A DNA stretch of 64,000 nucleotides from an uncultured Bdellovibrionales bacterium (GTDB taxonomy: Bacteria > Patescibacteriota > Minisyncoccia > Moranbacterales > UBA1568). Below the pieces are notes generated by a model. The model had not been told where the DNA came from. It was given only the letters and a program-made list of their open reading frames with translations, and made no database searches. The stretch lies in assembly GCA_964597355.1 (NCBI GenBank), contig CAZQWS010000004.1, forward strand, positions 8,645-72,644. Direction: 5' to 3'. Below are positions 1-10,194 of this stretch, piece by piece (position 1 is the stretch's first letter; each line of letters opens with the position of its first letter). The position numbers and the translations under genes were made by a program.

Positions 1-1
1 G

Positions 2-499
2 CTTGGTTTATCGAGTCTCAATTTTTATTTTCCGATTACATTTGGGAGTAAGGTAATCTACCGGAGGTACCTGGGTCTTATGGGGTACTTTGTAGCGCTC
101 ATCGATCTTTCCCTCCTGCTCATGCTTGAACATGAGTATTATGTATTTGGCCTTGCAGAGAATCTTTTCACAGCGGATCTCATTTTAGGAGGAACGGCTA
201 TGACTATTTTTACGCTCATGGCAATAATTTCCAATCAGGAGGCGATACACGTCCTGGGGCCTAGGCTTTGGCGCAACACATTGCGGTTAGGTTATTTGGC
301 CCTGTTGCTCTTGGTAATACGAGCTTTTATTATTGAAGGCATGATCTGGAATAATTGGATTATGAATCCGGCAGGATTGCCTCCAGTGCGTCTTTTAATC
401 TCCCTCTTTGCTCTTATGGTACTCTTCGCTCGAATGTCTCTTGTTTTCCATGGCTGGTGGTACAGGCGAACAGGAGATGTCCAATCCATCCAACCTTGA
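2..499 (+). CDS. Ferric-reductase-like (MsrQ-like) transmembrane protein, 5' truncated by the window edge
   Basis: The frame is open from position 2 (LGLSSLNFYFPITFGSKVIYRRYLGLMGY...). RRYLGLMGY and LWRNTLRLGY resemble the MsrQ RRxLGL and WxxLHRLxY motifs; hydrophobic helices. Confidence 0.5.
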   Translation, partial: LGLSSLNFYFPITFGSKVIYRRYLGLMGYFVALIDLSLLLMLEHEYYVFGLAENLFTADLILGGTAMTIFTLMAIISNQEAIHVLGPRLWRNTLRLGYLALLLLVIRAFIIEGMIWNNWIMNPAGLPPVRLLISLFALMVLFARMSLVFHGWWYRRTGDVQSIQP

Positions 500-617
500 C
501 AAGATATTTCTTTCCTTGTAAGAAACAGTATACTAAAAGTAACAACTGACTGTTCTTTGACACGACAACCGTACGAGGTCGATTGGTTGTTGTTTTTATT
601 TTTTATCAATATTACAT

Positions 618-998
618 ATGAAAATGATCCTCATGGTGCTTGGGATGGTGTTTGTGGCCATGGGTCTTCTAGGTTTTGTGAATGACCCAGTGCTAGGTCT
701 CTTTGAGGTTGATATGCTCCATAATGTTATTCATCTTGTGGCAGGACTCTTGGCTCTGACTGCAGTTGGAATGGGTGAGAGTATGATGCGGCTTTATGCA
801 CGAGTGTTTGGCCTTGTGTATGGCCTCGTAGCAGTACTCGGCTTCCTCATGGGAGGAGATATGATCCTTGGTCTTTTCGAAGCCAATATGGCTGACCATG
901 TGTTACACGCTGGCCTTGCAGTGGCACTCCTTTATGTTGGCTTTGGCATGAAAAGCGAAAGTGGGATGCCAGTGATGCCTCCACAGGGTGCTATGTAA
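618..998 (+). CDS. DUF4383-like small membrane protein
   Basis: Four TM segments with repeated HNVIHL and DHVLHA motifs. Confidence 0.65.
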   Translation: MKMILMVLGMVFVAMGLLGFVNDPVLGLFEVDMLHNVIHLVAGLLALTAVGMGESMMRLYARVFGLVYGLVAVLGFLMGGDMILGLFEANMADHVLHAGLAVALLYVGFGMKSESGMPVMPPQGAM

Positions 999-1102
999 TA
1001 AGCTGTTTCATAAGACAGGAAAGTAGCTCGTAGGGGCTATTTTCTTTTCCCCACTGTAACCTTCCAGCTACGCCGGGGTGTACTTTTGAAGGCGACGCCG
1101 TA

Positions 1103-1134
1103 TACTACAGTCGTCCTACCGGACGACTGTAGTA
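1103..1134. repeat. Perfect 14-bp hairpin, probable IS200-family left-end structure
   Basis: TACTACAGTCGTCC-TACC-GGACGACTGTAGTA, 15 nt upstream of the tnpA ATG. Confidence 0.6.
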
Positions 1135-1149
1135 AGGCATCGTACGCTT

Positions 1150-1573
1150 ATGTCTACCCACAAGTGTACGATTCGCACTCTGTCACATTACTTTTACAAC
1201 CCAAAGTACCACATCGTGTGGACACCGAAGTACCGAGGCAAAGTACTTGCTTCAGATAGAGTGAAGTAAGAACTGAAAAAGAACCATTGAAGCCATCTGC
1301 AAATGGAAATACTGGGAAGTGATTGAGCTGAATATTCAAGCTGACCATGTATACTTCTGTATCCTCGCTACCCCACGTGATTCAGTTTCCTACATTATGC
1401 AAATGATCAAAGGGAAATCCTCAGCTTGGCTCAAGAAGAAGATTAAGCGAGTAAACGGGCTCTACGAACGCCACTCGCTCTGGGCCAGAGGCTATTTTGT
1501 CTCAATCATTGGGATTGATGAGTTCATCATCAGGCACTACGTCAAGCATCATCATCACAACGAAGTGGACTAA
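1150..1573 (+). pseudogene. tnpA: IS200/IS605-family Y1 transposase TnpA, inactivated
   Basis: ATG1150 gives ...YHIVWTPKYRGKVL, then TAA at 1267-1269 and a +1 frameshift at the A5 run 1276-1280. The downstream frame has DHVY (HUH degraded), KGKSS, LWARGYFV and IRHYV. Confidence 0.85.
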
Positions 1574-1649
1574 CCCTCCCTCTTCGAAAAAGTCTTCTAA
1601 TCCAAAAGTCTGCTCCGGTCGCCCTGCTGGCATGGCCGGCAAAAGAAAG

Positions 1650-1904
1650 TCACCAGACTGAGGTCTGGTGGTTGGTTACTTTGCGTTGTTTCCATCGGTA
1701 CTTCCCAGCTAATAAGCAGTTTGGTTCTTTGGTCGTGAGGATAACCTGTTCTGTGCCAGTCATTCCGATAGCATTGCGTTTCCCGAGTCTCGATCCAAAT
1801 TTGAAAGAGGAAAAGTAGCCCCGATCTTGGGCGGAGAAAAGATGGTAAGGCATAGGGAGGAGAAGTAAGGAGCAAGGACATTGTGGGATAAGAGGGAAAA
1901 ACAA
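1650..1904 (-). CDS. Hypothetical small protein (start uncertain)
   Basis: ORF only, co-oriented downstream of the SWIB gene; no recognisable motif. Confidence 0.25.
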   Translation of the reverse strand: MFFPLIPQCPCSLLLLPMPYHLFSAQDRGYFSSFKFGSRLGKRNAIGMTGTEQVILTTKEPNCLLAGKYRWKQRKVTNHQTSVW

Positions 1905-1951
1905 AATGTGACGCCACTAGGGCGCCACACTCTGTAAAGAACTGAAGAAGA

Positions 1952-2200
1952 CTATTTGATGTGAGCACTGACAAGCTTAGTCATTTCGAACATACTTACC
2001 TGTTTGTTACCGCCAAAAATAGCAGCTAGTTTCTCATCAGGATTAATCATGGTCTTCTTGTTTGCATCCTGGAGACCGTTGGCTTTGATATACACCCAAA
2101 GTTGCTTCGTTACCTCAGTGCGAGGCATAGGACCCTTGCCTACCACTGCTTCGAGTTCAGCGCTCAAATCGTGAGGCTTCATAAATGCCGGATTGGCCAT
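1952..2200 (-). CDS. Stand-alone SWIB/MDM2-domain protein
   Basis: LSAELEAVVG..MPRTEVTKQLWVYIKANGLQD..INPDEKLAAIFGG..VSMFEMTKLVSAH. Confidence 0.9.
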   Translation of the reverse strand: MANPAFMKPHDLSAELEAVVGKGPMPRTEVTKQLWVYIKANGLQDANKKTMINPDEKLAAIFGGNKQVSMFEMTKLVSAHIK

Positions 2201-2280
2201 AGTACTTCTAGTTACTTAATTAGTACTCCTCTAGGGTACAGTACTTCAGAAAAAGCGCAAGAGGGTAATTTGGGCTTTAG

Positions 2281-2368
2281 CGGAAAGGGAGGGATTCGAA
2301 CCCTCGAGAGCGATTAAGCCCTGCCACGTTAGCAGTGTGGTGCCTTCAGCCAGCTCGGCCACCTTTCC
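2281..2368 (-). tRNA. tRNA-Ser(GCT), CCA not encoded
   Basis: Reverse complement GGAAAGGTGGCCGAGCTGGCTGAAGGCACCACACT-GCT-AACGTGG, long variable arm, GAGGGTTCGAATCCCTCCCTTTCCG. Confidence 0.95.
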
Positions 2369-2419
2369 GTAGGTTCACTACGCTAGCCACTGTAGCAGTG
2401 ATTTTTCTTTCTATCAAGA

Positions 2420-3157
2420 TTAACGGGCTATGACCACTCCCCAAACCTTTTTGACCCCTGCTATTTTGAGAGCACGGGCACATTCATCGAGAGTGGTGCC
2501 GGTCGTGGCAACGTCATCAATAAGCCATACATATTTTCCTACGAGCGGGCCAGCGGTAATCTTTTCTGTAGTGAAGGCATTGCTCAAGTTATGCAGCCGC
2601 TCTTCCCGTGAGTCAGCTTTCATTTGAGGTTTGGTAAAACGTGTCCGAATGAGGCTTTTGGTATCAAGTGGAATCCCAAGTCCAGGCATCAGCCGCTTCG
2701 AAAGCTCCTCCGCGAGGAGTTCAGCTTGATTGAAACCACGGAAGCGAAGTCGCCTAGAATGGAGGGGTACAGGGATAAGGATATCTGGGAGGGGCAGTGA
2801 GTGATGAGCGAGACTTGTTTCAAGGAGGGTAACGAGAGGGAGAGCGGCACGTTCAAGAAAGCGATACTTGAGAGTGTAAATAAGTGTTTCCACCAAACGA
2901 AAGCGATACAGACGAGCCACGAAGAGTCCGTCAAGAGCTACTTGATTGCGGCATTTCTGACAGGTAGCCCCGTTTTGACTAAAAGGAACTTTGCAGAGTG
3001 GACAAACCTGTGAATCAGGTTCAGGGACGAGCGCGAGACATTTGGCGCAGGTGAGTTCACCCTCTTGGCCACAGCCGAGACAGGTAATGGGGAAAACAAG
3101 GTCGAGGAGTTTTGAACCACCCTTGGAAACAAGCTTAGTGAAGGACGATAGATCCAT
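2420..3157 (-). CDS. comF: ComF family competence protein (double zinc ribbon + PRTase)
   Basis: CxxC pairs, PVPLH..RGFNQAELLA, LIDDVATTGTTL. Confidence 0.92.
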   Translation of the reverse strand: MDLSSFTKLVSKGGSKLLDLVFPITCLGCGQEGELTCAKCLALVPEPDSQVCPLCKVPFSQNGATCQKCRNQVALDGLFVARLYRFRLVETLIYTLKYRFLERAALPLVTLLETSLAHHSLPLPDILIPVPLHSRRLRFRGFNQAELLAEELSKRLMPGLGIPLDTKSLIRTRFTKPQMKADSREERLHNLSNAFTTEKITAGPLVGKYVWLIDDVATTGTTLDECARALKIAGVKKVWGVVIAR

Positions 3158-5633
3158 GGCGAGTAATCAGGGAGAGTTGTTTTGGTTGAGGGGTACGAAT
3201 GAGTTGTTCAGCAATCAGACTTTCAATTTGTTCAACAATGAATTTTTTGATCAGTCGAGCCCCATGCCCTTTTTCTTGACTGTTTTTCACGATGGTTGTA
3301 GGTACTTCTGTTTGAATACGTAATTCGATACCGTTTTCTTGGAGTCGTTTGACAAGAGCCTTAAGTTCGAGGAGGGCAATCGTTTCGAGGTCTTTTTCAG
3401 AAAGGGGATTAAACACGAGGACCTGATCCAGGCGAGCCAGGAGTTCAGGACGGAGGGTTTCCTTGAGCTCGTTCAAAACAGTGGCCTTGGTGGTTTCGAA
3501 TTGTACGGAGAGCGTTTTTGAAGAGATTTGTTCATCAAAACCGATACGGGCGTTGGACGTAAAACTTGCGGTACCAATATTGGAAGTGAGCAGCACAAGA
3601 GTATTCTTGAATGATACGCGACGGCCTTCCGCATCAGTCAAGTGGCCTTCATCGAGTATCTGAAGAAGTAGGTTGGAAACATCTGGGTGAGCTTTCTCAA
3701 TTTCATCGAAAAGTACGATGGAGTAGGGTCGTCGCCGAACTGCTTCGGTGAGTTTTCCTCCCTCGCCGTAACCAACATATCCAGCGGGGGCGCCAAGAAT
3801 CTGCGCAATGGAGTGTCGCTCCATAAATTCGCTCATGTCGAGCCGAATGAGGGCTTGTTCATCGCCAAAGAAGCTTTCGGCCAAAACTTTGGCTACGTGA
3901 GTTTTACCGACACCGGTAGGACCGAGAAGCAGCAGTGAGCCAATCGGACGTTTTGGATCACTGACTGGCGAGAGAGAGCGCGTAAGGAGTTTGATAATAG
4001 CTTTACTGACCGCTTCTTGGCCGATTACGCGTTCTTTGAAAGTTTGTTTGAGTAGGGCAAGGCGTTTGAGTGGAGTCTCATAAGTCAGTCGATCGAGAGG
4101 AATATGCGTCATCTGAGAGAGAACAATCAGCACGTCGCGTGGAGTGACAGGCTGAATACCAAGCGTGGTATTAGTGACATCGAGCGTGGACTGAGTCTTT
4201 GTCCGCAAGTCTTTTTCGAGATTCTTAAAACGTTTTTGGAGGAGTGCTGCCTGGTCATATTCCTCTTTTTCAATGAGGAGAGACTTTTCTTGGTAGAGAT
4301 CTTTGAGTTTTGTTTCTAGGATTTGTAGCGAGGGAAGAATATGGAGATGATCCTTCTCCGAGCGGCGGCGCACGAGAGCCCCCGCCTCATCGATGAGGTC
4401 AAGTGCTTTATCGGGTAAAAAACGATCAGGAATATACCGAACAGAAAGTCGAACAGCTTCCTCAATTGTGGTTTGAGGCAGAATTATTTGGTGATGGGCT
4501 TCATAGGTATCCTTGATCCGGAGGAGGATTTCAATGGTTTCCGGGGCAGTCGGTTCACGCAGAAATACTGTCTGGAAACGGCGTTCAAGCGCGGCATCTT
4601 TTTCAAGATGACGTTTGTATTCACCTGGAGTAGTGGCACCAATACACTGGATTTCTCCTCGCGCTAGGGCTGGTTTCAAAATGTTGGCAGCATCGAGACC
4701 GCCCTGCGTATTACCCGTACCGACCAAGGCATGGATTTCATCGATAAAAAGGATGATACGAGTATCACTGCGTGCTTCTTTGAGAAGTTCTTTGACACGG
4801 GTCTCAAATTCACCACGGAAACTTGTCCCGGCGACCAGAAGAGCGAGGTCGAGGCTCAAAATACGCTTACCCCGCAGGAGCGGTCCAGCGCTTCCCTCGG
4901 CCATTTTGTGAGCGAGTGCCGTTACGAGCGCAGTCTTACCTACGCCTGGATCGCCAAGAAGGATGGCATTGCGTTTTTCTTTACGTCCAAGAATTTGCAT
5001 TAGCCGTTCGAGCTCAGCTTCCCGTCCGACGATAGGGGTGGGGTGAGAGAGGGCTTCTTCAGCGAGGTCAACTGTATACTGGTCAAGAAACGGGGTAGAT
5101 CCTTCACTCTTGCCTTCACCCAAATTGAAGTCGGGTGTATCAAACATACGGGCCATTTGGGGAAATTGTTCGAAGTGGAGGTGAGACTCAATAATGGTGT
5201 CGATCTTTCCATTATCAATTTTGAGAGTCCCTATCAATGTATCGATAAAGGCATCGGGCGATTCGAGGAGCGCGCTCATCAGGTGTTCCGTCCCTACATA
5301 AGGATAGCCATGTTCACTGGCGAGAAAAAAAGCGCGCTTCATGATGTTTTGTACTTCCACAGAAAGAGGAATGTCGAGGACTTTTTTGGTCTTTGCGCCT
5401 TTTCCTTTGACGGTGCCGAGCTTTCTGAGACAGTGTTTCCCCACAGCTTCTTTTTTGAAGCCGATATTCTCGAGAAGGATACTGCCGAGGCTGCCCTCTT
5501 CGAGAGCAAGGGCGAGGATGAGGTGACGTGCCTCAATAGTGTCGCTTTTGGTATACCGAGCAATATCTCGCGCCTCTTTGAGGGCATGGCGAGCGTGTAG
5601 GGACAGACGTTCACTAAGAGATGATGGAAGCAT
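3135..5633 (-). CDS. clpC: ATP-dependent Clp protease ATPase subunit, ClpC-like
   Basis: Clp N repeats, GDPGVGKT/FIDEIH, UVR-like EEYDQAA, GPTGVGKT/LFDEIEKAHPDV. Confidence 0.9.
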   Translation of the reverse strand: MLPSSLSERLSLHARHALKEARDIARYTKSDTIEARHLILALALEEGSLGSILLENIGFKKEAVGKHCLRKLGTVKGKGAKTKKVLDIPLSVEVQNIMKRAFFLASEHGYPYVGTEHLMSALLESPDAFIDTLIGTLKIDNGKIDTIIESHLHFEQFPQMARMFDTPDFNLGEGKSEGSTPFLDQYTVDLAEEALSHPTPIVGREAELERLMQILGRKEKRNAILLGDPGVGKTALVTALAHKMAEGSAGPLLRGKRILSLDLALLVAGTSFRGEFETRVKELLKEARSDTRIILFIDEIHALVGTGNTQGGLDAANILKPALARGEIQCIGATTPGEYKRHLEKDAALERRFQTVFLREPTAPETIEILLRIKDTYEAHHQIILPQTTIEEAVRLSVRYIPDRFLPDKALDLIDEAGALVRRRSEKDHLHILPSLQILETKLKDLYQEKSLLIEKEEYDQAALLQKRFKNLEKDLRTKTQSTLDVTNTTLGIQPVTPRDVLIVLSQMTHIPLDRLTYETPLKRLALLKQTFKERVIGQEAVSKAIIKLLTRSLSPVSDPKRPIGSLLLLGPTGVGKTHVAKVLAESFFGDEQALIRLDMSEFMERHSIAQILGAPAGYVGYGEGGKLTEAVRRRPYSIVLFDEIEKAHPDVSNLLLQILDEGHLTDAEGRRVSFKNTLVLLTSNIGTASFTSNARIGFDEQISSKTLSVQFETTKATVLNELKETLRPELLARLDQVLVFNPLSEKDLETIALLELKALVKRLQENGIELRIQTEVPTTIVKNSQEKGHGARLIKKFIVEQIESLIAEQLIRTPQPKQLSLITRHGSIVLH

Positions 5634-5776
5634 AGATGTTCTAGTATAGGTTTTTGGGAGTGGGATGTCAATCTGATTAGCAGCCTCAGTGTAGTATGAT
5701 TTTTTCTTCGTAACAACATTTTTCTATTGATTTTTCTTGGACAAGATATGTTATGATATATATAAAATACTGAAAC

Positions 5777-6919
5777 ATGTTTGGTAATACACAAAAAACC
5801 TATCTAGGTGTCGATTTTGGTACATCTTCAATCAAGATTGTCGAGCTTGGAGCAAAGAACAAAGAACCAATCCTTCTTAATTACGGAGAAATCAACCTAT
5901 CTGTATTGGAAGCGGTGCGAAGTAGCGACCAGGGTAACTACGATGCCCAGATTACTATTTTTTTGCGCGCCCTTCTTGATCGAATGCAGTCAAAAACCAA
6001 GGAAGTATATGTGGCGATGCCGGCTTTTATTGGCCTCATTGCTTTGGTTGAATTTCCACAAATGAGCGAGGGTGAGCTTAAAGATGCAATTCAATTTGAA
6101 GCCCACAAGTATATCCCATCACCGCTTGAGGAAGTAGCTCTTTCTTGGGAGGTGGTAGGGGAGCATGAGGAAGTAGCTCAGGACAACTCCGAGAAGAAAC
6201 TTAAAAAGCTTGAAGTGCTGCTTGTCGCTGCGCTCAACAAAGAAGTAGAGCGGTATGAAAGTTATGTTCAGGCAGTAGGGTATGATATGCAACTTCTCGA
6301 ACTGGAAACTTTTTCCATGGTACGTTCGACGGTCCAGGATGGTAATGAAGCGTATCTTGTGATTGATATCGGTTCGCGTGCGACCAACTTCGTCTTGGTT
6401 GAAAACCGCCTGGCGAAAATGAGCCGCAATCTTGATGTGGGAGGTCAGGATATTACTCGGACCCTGATGGAGAGCTTGAGTATCAGCTATGATCGGGCAG
6501 AATCGCTCAAAAAAAGTGATAAAGATTTTCTTAATAGTCGTGAATCTCGTATGACTTTCCTTTCGCTTGAGATGATTGCTGGAGAAATTGGACGTATGCT
6601 TCAAGCGCGTCAAGCCAAAAATCCTGACGCGAAAAAAATTCATGCTATAATTCTTTCAGGTGGTACTGCTGGAATGAAAGGCATCACCGAATATTTCTCA
6701 GGCCTATTACATATTCCTGTAGAAGTGGCCAATCCGTGGAGGGGTATTCGTTTCGACCAATCGCTTCAGCCGGCTATCGCTCGAATGGGTACTTCGTATT
6801 CGGTAGCGCTTGGCCTTGCATTACGGGGAGTAGAACGTAATGGGAGCCGAGAAATGAATCCAGCTTTGAGTGAAATATTGGAAAAGCTCAAAGAGAAATT
6901 ATCTATGAAAATAGGGTAA
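5777..6919 (+). CDS. pilM: Type IV pilus assembly protein PilM
   Basis: GVDFGTSSIKIVEL, IDIGSRAT, ILSGGTA, ALGLALR; first gene of the pil cluster. Confidence 0.92.
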   Translation: MFGNTQKTYLGVDFGTSSIKIVELGAKNKEPILLNYGEINLSVLEAVRSSDQGNYDAQITIFLRALLDRMQSKTKEVYVAMPAFIGLIALVEFPQMSEGELKDAIQFEAHKYIPSPLEEVALSWEVVGEHEEVAQDNSEKKLKKLEVLLVAALNKEVERYESYVQAVGYDMQLLELETFSMVRSTVQDGNEAYLVIDIGSRATNFVLVENRLAKMSRNLDVGGQDITRTLMESLSISYDRAESLKKSDKDFLNSRESRMTFLSLEMIAGEIGRMLQARQAKNPDAKKIHAIILSGGTAGMKGITEYFSGLLHIPVEVANPWRGIRFDQSLQPAIARMGTSYSVALGLALRGVERNGSREMNPALSEILEKLKEKLSMKIG

Positions 6920-6964
6920 GCATACAAAGTGTCAATAAAAAACAAAAAAAGTTAGGATAGTTAT

Positions 6965-7522
6965 ATGGCTGGTATCAATCTTTCACAATCACTTCAAGAA
7001 AAGCAGGCTCAGGCTCGTGGGCGTTTCTTTGGGCTAAGCTTTTTCCTTATTATCGGTGGTTTTGTATTTCTCTTGGGAGTTTTTGGAGGAACTCGTTGGT
7101 ATATCGTTTCTTTGGAAAAGAAAATGCAGGCTCTAGAACAGTCAATAGCCGAGAAGACTGCATCACTTCGCGGCAAGGAGGTCAATCGAATAGCAGATTT
7201 TGTCCGTCGGATAGGGATTATCAAGGAACACTTACGTACTGAACCAGATCCAGTGGCTACTTTTCGACAACTTGAAATGTATACGCTTCCTACGGTTCGG
7301 CTGACTATCTATAAGTATGATCGAACGGCCCAAGTAATTACATTGGGAGGAGAGGCAAATACACTGAGAGAAGTGGCTCAGCAAATGTTGGCTTTTAAAA
7401 ATATTGAGGGAACCGAGAGAGTAACTGTGGAACGGATTGAGTATAATGAAGCTGGAAAAGTAGCCTTTTCTTTTGTGTTGACTCAGAGCCAAGCTTTGGC
7501 TGGAGGTGTATCACTTCCTTAA
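6965..7522 (+). CDS. PilN-like protein
   Basis: INL N-terminal motif, TM helix and coiled coil; position after pilM. Confidence 0.7.
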   Translation: MAGINLSQSLQEKQAQARGRFFGLSFFLIIGGFVFLLGVFGGTRWYIVSLEKKMQALEQSIAEKTASLRGKEVNRIADFVRRIGIIKEHLRTEPDPVATFRQLEMYTLPTVRLTIYKYDRTAQVITLGGEANTLREVAQQMLAFKNIEGTERVTVERIEYNEAGKVAFSFVLTQSQALAGGVSLP

Positions 7523-7534
7523 TCCTATACGTGT

Positions 7535-8338
7535 ATGAACCTCAAAATTCTTCTCTTTCCTACGTTTGTCATCTTGTCGGTCATTCTGATTATTGGATAT
7601 ATTCAGCCAGATGTAAAAAATATTCTTGCCAAGCGGGAAGAGGAGGTGGCCAAACAAGAGATGCTCCGTAACGCGGAGACTATCGAGAGTAATATCCGTT
7701 CACTTTCACAAGCGCTCACTCAAAAGAAGGAAATAGAGACGTTCGTAAAACGCTACTTCCCGGAGTCGATTGACGAGGAACGCTCGTTGGATGTGATAAA
7801 TTTTCTTGCCCAGCAAACAGGGGTAGTGGTAACGGGTGTTAGTATGAAAGAAAATCCCCGTGTCAAAAAAGAAGTCTTTCTGGTGGATGCTATTGGGGCT
7901 GGAGCTGATCCTACTGCGCTTGCATCGGGCACCGAGGCTTCGGTAGAGAACAGTGCTCCAGAGCCACCACAAAGCTATCGAGTCCAGGTCATGGTAATGG
8001 GTACGTATCAGAATCTACGAAGCTTTTTTGATCGACTGTATCACACCGATCGTATGCGAGCAATTGATGATTTGATACTCTCTCGCCCTTCCGATGCTGA
8101 ACGATTTAGGGAAGAACGAGAGATTATCCCGGCAGATTTTCTTGAGGGGAGCGTAACGTTTGATTTTCTTTACGTGCCTGCTGAGAGTGCGGGTAACGCA
8201 TTGGCACAGCCGCTTTTTCAGGAAAGCTCACTTGACTTTGGTCCAGCTAATCAACTGGTAGATTTTGTAAATAGTCCCGTGGGAGATATAATGCCAGCCG
8301 GTCCAGGGCGGAGCAATCCCTTTGAGGCTATTCCTTAA
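7535..8338 (+). CDS. PilO-like protein
   Basis: N-terminal TM, coiled coil, GTYQNLRSFF motif, C-terminal GRSNPF. Confidence 0.7.
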   Translation: MNLKILLFPTFVILSVILIIGYIQPDVKNILAKREEEVAKQEMLRNAETIESNIRSLSQALTQKKEIETFVKRYFPESIDEERSLDVINFLAQQTGVVVTGVSMKENPRVKKEVFLVDAIGAGADPTALASGTEASVENSAPEPPQSYRVQVMVMGTYQNLRSFFDRLYHTDRMRAIDDLILSRPSDAERFREEREIIPADFLEGSVTFDFLYVPAESAGNALAQPLFQESSLDFGPANQLVDFVNSPVGDIMPAGPGRSNPFEAIP

Positions 8339-8358
8339 GTCCTTCGCTTGTCTTTCCC

Positions 8359-10053
8359 ATGAATACTGGAGAGCTCACCACTCAAACATTAGCGACTGCA
8401 GCAAAGAGCCCGGTGTCATCTACAGTGCCTATGCCCGATACTGACATCAAGCAGGTTGCCGCTAGTCTTGGAGTGCCTTTACTGGAAGAAATGCCGTCTT
8501 CGATTGACAAGACGGTGCTGTTGCTTATTCCCGAAGAGACAGCACTCAAGTATAAAATGGTCGCTTTTGAGAAGAAAGAAGGAATCCTCTCAGTAGCCAT
8601 GATTAATCCGCAAGATTTTGAAGCGCTCAATGTATTGCGTTTTATTGCTGAGAAGGAACGATTGGGTATTGAAGTATTTCTTGTTCCGGATGTTTTTTTT
8701 GGTCAGATGATGAAGCGATATGCCGGGACTGATCGGGCGCTTCAGGACGCGATTCTTTCGCTCAAAAAAGAAGAGGCTATCGATGTAGAGAAAACTGCCA
8801 AGGCCAATACTATTGTAGGTGAGGTATTTCAGGATGCTCCGATTGCCAAGCTTGTTGATGTAATTGTGAAACATGCCATGGATGGTCGTGCCAGTGATAT
8901 CCACATCGAGCCTATCGAGGGAAGTTACCGAGTGCGTTTTCGGGTGGATGGCATCCTCCGATCTACGCTTATGTTTCCTATGGACGTAGGCAAAGCCGTA
9001 CTTTCACGCATCAAGATTCTCTCCAATCTTAAAATCGACGAGAAACGTAAGCCACAGGACGGCCGTTTCCGAGTCGAGACAGATCAAAAAACAGTTGACT
9101 TGCGCGTGTCCACTCTTCCGGTTATTGACGGGGAAAAAGTGGTTATGCGTATTCTCGACAAATCGAATAACATGGCTGACCTCGACAAATTAGGACTGTG
9201 GGGAAGAAACCGGGAAGTATTGCTCAGGAAAATCCGTGAACCGTATGGCATCATCTTGATTACTGGTCCGACTGGATCAGGGAAATCGACAACTCTCTAT
9301 GCCTTTCTTTCTATTTTGAACCAAGAAGAGCGCAACATCATCACGCTCGAGGATCCGGTGGAATACTTTATGGATGGGATCAACCAGAGTCAAATTCGAC
9401 CCGAGATTGGTTACTCCTTCGCCTCGGGACTGCGTTCTATCTTGCGCCAAGATCCTAATGTGATTATGGTTGGGGAAATTCGTGATGAGGAAACAGGGGA
9501 GCTCGCTATCCACGCCGCCCTGACTGGTCATTTGGTGCTTTCAACTCTCCACACCAACGATGCCCTCAAAGCTTTGCCTCGACTGCTCGACATGGGAGCG
9601 GAACCGTTTCTCTTGGCGGCTTCGGTGCAAGCACTGGCTGCTCAGCGTCTCGTCCGGCGTATTTGTGAGCACTGTAAAGAACCAGCGAAACTTTCACCAG
9701 CCATGTTGAAACGTCTCGAAGAAGCACGGACTGTGATTGAACTGAGTGAAATGAAGGCTTACGAACTGGATCCGATGAACCAGATTACGGCCTATCAAGG
9801 CAAGGGATGCAAGCAATGTAATAATTCAGGATACAAGGGGCGAATTGCTATTTATGAAGTCTTTGAAATTACCGACGAAGCGAAAGTTATCGTGACCGAC
9901 AAAGCCGGAAGTGAACCAGAATTGAAACAGGAAGCCGTTCACCAAAAAATGCTTTCAATGAAACAGGATGGATTTCTCAAAGTATTGAAAGGAATCACGA
10001 CTATTGCCGAAGTAGAACGGGTGACCGAAGGAACGTTGGTAGACGAAGAATAG
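8359..10053 (+). CDS. pilB: Type IV pilus extension ATPase PilB (GspE/PulE family)
   Basis: ASDIHIEP, GPTGSGKST, LRQDPNVIMVGEIRD, tetracysteine motif. Confidence 0.95.
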   Translation: MNTGELTTQTLATAAKSPVSSTVPMPDTDIKQVAASLGVPLLEEMPSSIDKTVLLLIPEETALKYKMVAFEKKEGILSVAMINPQDFEALNVLRFIAEKERLGIEVFLVPDVFFGQMMKRYAGTDRALQDAILSLKKEEAIDVEKTAKANTIVGEVFQDAPIAKLVDVIVKHAMDGRASDIHIEPIEGSYRVRFRVDGILRSTLMFPMDVGKAVLSRIKILSNLKIDEKRKPQDGRFRVETDQKTVDLRVSTLPVIDGEKVVMRILDKSNNMADLDKLGLWGRNREVLLRKIREPYGIILITGPTGSGKSTTLYAFLSILNQEERNIITLEDPVEYFMDGINQSQIRPEIGYSFASGLRSILRQDPNVIMVGEIRDEETGELAIHAALTGHLVLSTLHTNDALKALPRLLDMGAEPFLLAASVQALAAQRLVRRICEHCKEPAKLSPAMLKRLEEARTVIELSEMKAYELDPMNQITAYQGKGCKQCNNSGYKGRIAIYEVFEITDEAKVIVTDKAGSEPELKQEAVHQKMLSMKQDGFLKVLKGITTIAEVERVTEGTLVDEE

Positions 10054-10194
10054 ACACCTCGTATAACGTATTTCGTATCCCGTATGTGGCGTTCAAAATG
10101 CATAAAAAAATGTTACACTAAAAATAAGCTGTGTTAGTGCGAAACAAGAGACAAAAAAGCGATATACAAAATACTAAAACCGAAATACGAAATT

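Noticed and set aside
1150-1640. Active IS200/IS605 element with TnpB or an omega-RNA
   Set aside because: tnpA has a stop, a frameshift and a degraded HUH motif. No tnpB follows, and the right end could not be defined.
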